In this document: in pieces, positions 62,009 to 64,000 of the stretch
Position numbering within the stretch: the stretch's first letter is position 1
Layout: the number at the start of each line of letters is the position of its first letter
NCBI RefSeq assembly: GCF_964194155.1
Contig: NC_135892.1
Span: forward strand, 84,940,001 to 85,004,000
Length of the DNA stretch: 64,000 bases
Direction: 5' to 3'
DNA from: Cetorhinus maximus
Lineage: Eukaryota
Notes under the pieces: generated by a model
The model's database searches: none
Told to the model about the DNA's origin: nothing
The model's input: the letters and a program-made list of their open reading frames with translations, nothing else
Translations under genes and position numbers: made by a program

Positions 62009-62739
62009 CATGCATACCTGTGACATATTGCCAGAACAGTAGTGCACAACTCTGCAATTAAGGTTTCTTTCTTTCATAAGAACATGAATGAAAAGGGGAA
62101 AGGTATTATAAATTTCCATCGTGGAAACAATCCATGTAAACATGACACTGTAATTATACAATCTGGCCACTCGGTGGTACTGTTATATTCTTCCCACAAA
62201 TTAAAATGTTTTCTGAAAGATTTTTGAATGAAAATTTTTGATCCACTGTATTTTATCAACAGAAGTTTCTATAATCCCAAAAGAAGGGATTAAACAAAAT
62301 ATTTTTTTAAATCCCAAAATTATGTACGTATTCCAGATCATTGAATTTGCCTCTGTTAATGCTCAATTTGAAAAGAAACTTAGATTTTGAAACCAGCCAA
62401 TTATCTCAAGTATGTTAGAAAAGTAAATGTTCTAAATGTTTACATTTGTGAGATGGATTGTAATGGCTGTTCTCTCTGAGAGAGAAGGAGAGAAAAGTGA
62501 GGGGGGGGTGGTGGGGAGTTTGAAACAGCAATAATTGGGAAGATGTTGGGAAGAAAGTTGCCAAGCCCTATATTTTCCTCACAACCTGCACCCCCAAATG
62601 CAATCGACAGCCATTGGTAGCTGCTTTCGCTGTCCTGTCACTCACCAGAACCCACCTAAAAGGAGAGAGAAAAAAACAAAAGAGAAGTGGGTAGTAAGGG
62701 TTAGAAGGGTTATGTACAGGGGAAAGGGTTATGTACAGG

Positions 62740-63420
62740 GGAAAGGGTTTAAGGAGATGGCTGGTGATGGAGAAAACAAAGTGAGGATTAATTTGGCTTT
62801 GCAGGGTGATTCTGGAATAGTGAGAAGTTTTGGCATCAGAAAGACACCGGATGTGGTCCAGCCAGTGAAGGATGACTAAGTCATTTGTATAGCAGAAATG
62901 TTCAAATCTTCACCCTTTGCTCTAGAGGAAGTGAAGATGGGAGAAACTACATGTTTTATTACGAGTAAGGGCATCGAAAGTGGAGGAGTGGTTGCGCAGA
63001 TCAAAGCTGCCGAAATATAATGAATCCAAATATCAAGCAGTAGGCATTTGAAAGCACAATGATAAATTACTTTGGTGAGGTTGAGAGGAGAGTTTTCCAT
63101 AGAGGATGCAGAAGGAAATAGAGTTGGAAGTAGAAAACAAGGAAGTGGTTAGTGGTGGCTTCATGTATGACATCAGAGTAAAGAGGCCAACGTCAGAGGA
63201 ATGGCTTTAAATGCCAATTGGGTAGTTTATATGAATGGAGAGGTTTAGCGTAGACATGGCCATGAAGGCAGAGTGAGGACAAGATGAGTTGAGAAGCAAG
63301 TTAAAATGACTGAGAATGAAAAGTTGCTCGGTGTCGATGGAAAAGATAGCTTGGTGAGAATTTCGAGGTGAGGCTTTGGGGGGGATGTCGGTGGGAGAGA
63401 AATCTCTCATCTCAGAGCGG
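62740..63420 (-). mobile_element. L2 LINE endonuclease-region fragment
   Basis: Relic PPK...DTEQLFILSHFNLLLNS...LNLSIHIN (cf. L2 LLILGDFNLHLN). Confidence 0.6.
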
Positions 63421-63538
63421 ACGCCTCCTATTCTGAGACTGTGACAACCCGCACTCTCTCCCCGAGTTTCAGGTTCCCCAGCCAGCTTAGGTGAAACAGC
63501 ATCCCAGCATCCACCCTGTCCGCCCTTAAGAATTTCAT

Positions 63539-64000
63539 GTCCTAAATTTTCAGCTCGGTGGGTGGGCACGATCGGCGGGCCCGGGAGCGGTCGGGAAAGG
63601 GACCGCCAACTGTGATTGGCCTCCGAACGCGATTACACACTGGCTGGCCAACTAATGGCCAGCCCTGCGTTAAGCGCCCGCTGAAAAGCTCAGCGCTCTC
63701 GGGATGGGGGGCAGGCGATGACGTCAAAGCGGGCGTGGGCGAGCGCTGACAGCTAGCTCCATGAAGGCAGAGAGTTGCCTCCAGGAGCTGAAGACCCAAA
63801 ACCGAGGAAATAAACTTTTTAAAATCAGGAATAAAAGGTCCAGGCACCACAATCAGGCACCTGGACATATAGATTATAAAAATGCTGCACACAGATTTCT
63901 ATTTTTATTTTATTTAATAACGGAAACTTCATCCTGCCCTTGGATGAGGTTTGATGAAAAATGTAAAGGCCGGCTGGCCGATTCGCCCATCCGCCAACCG
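63539..64000 (-). mobile_element. Harbinger MITE (58417 family, inverted), runs off the window
   Basis: GTCCTAAATTTT terminus; interior is revcomp-similar to 58600-59040 (GGAAACTTCATCC..GGATGAGGTTT). Confidence 0.8.

Overview
Repeat-dense, gene-poor vertebrate genomic DNA, most likely from a shark or other elasmobranch, judged by recognisable HE1 SINE/HER1 LINE, SacSINE1-like, shark-type CR1 and L2 sequences. No intact host protein-coding gene can be supported, and nearly all long ORFs are decayed transposon genes. The dominant system is a PIF/Harbinger DNA-transposon family. It comprises one complete 5.1-kb copy (27230-32321) with TIRs, an AGA TSD and convergent spliced Myb/SANT and DDE transposase pseudogenes, a truncated copy, an internally deleted copy, an older relic, and about ten MITE derivatives whose 3-bp TSDs are not TWA. 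Also present are three Gypsy LTR remnants, CR1/HER1/L2/RTE LINE fragments and Tigger-like elements. The most unusual observations are: (i) a ~145-bp tRNA-headed SINE with a GAAA-tetraloop tail and 15-bp TSDs, including a TSD-SINE-TSD-SINE-TSD tandem; (ii) an invariant 54-nt block and a synonymous-biased antisense frame inside the Harbinger transposase 5' intron; (iii) a candidate recursive splice site at 14100 and a candidate 36-nt coding microexon at 59161-59196. Family names come from recall of consensus sequences, not from a database search. Boundaries of old repeats are approximate.
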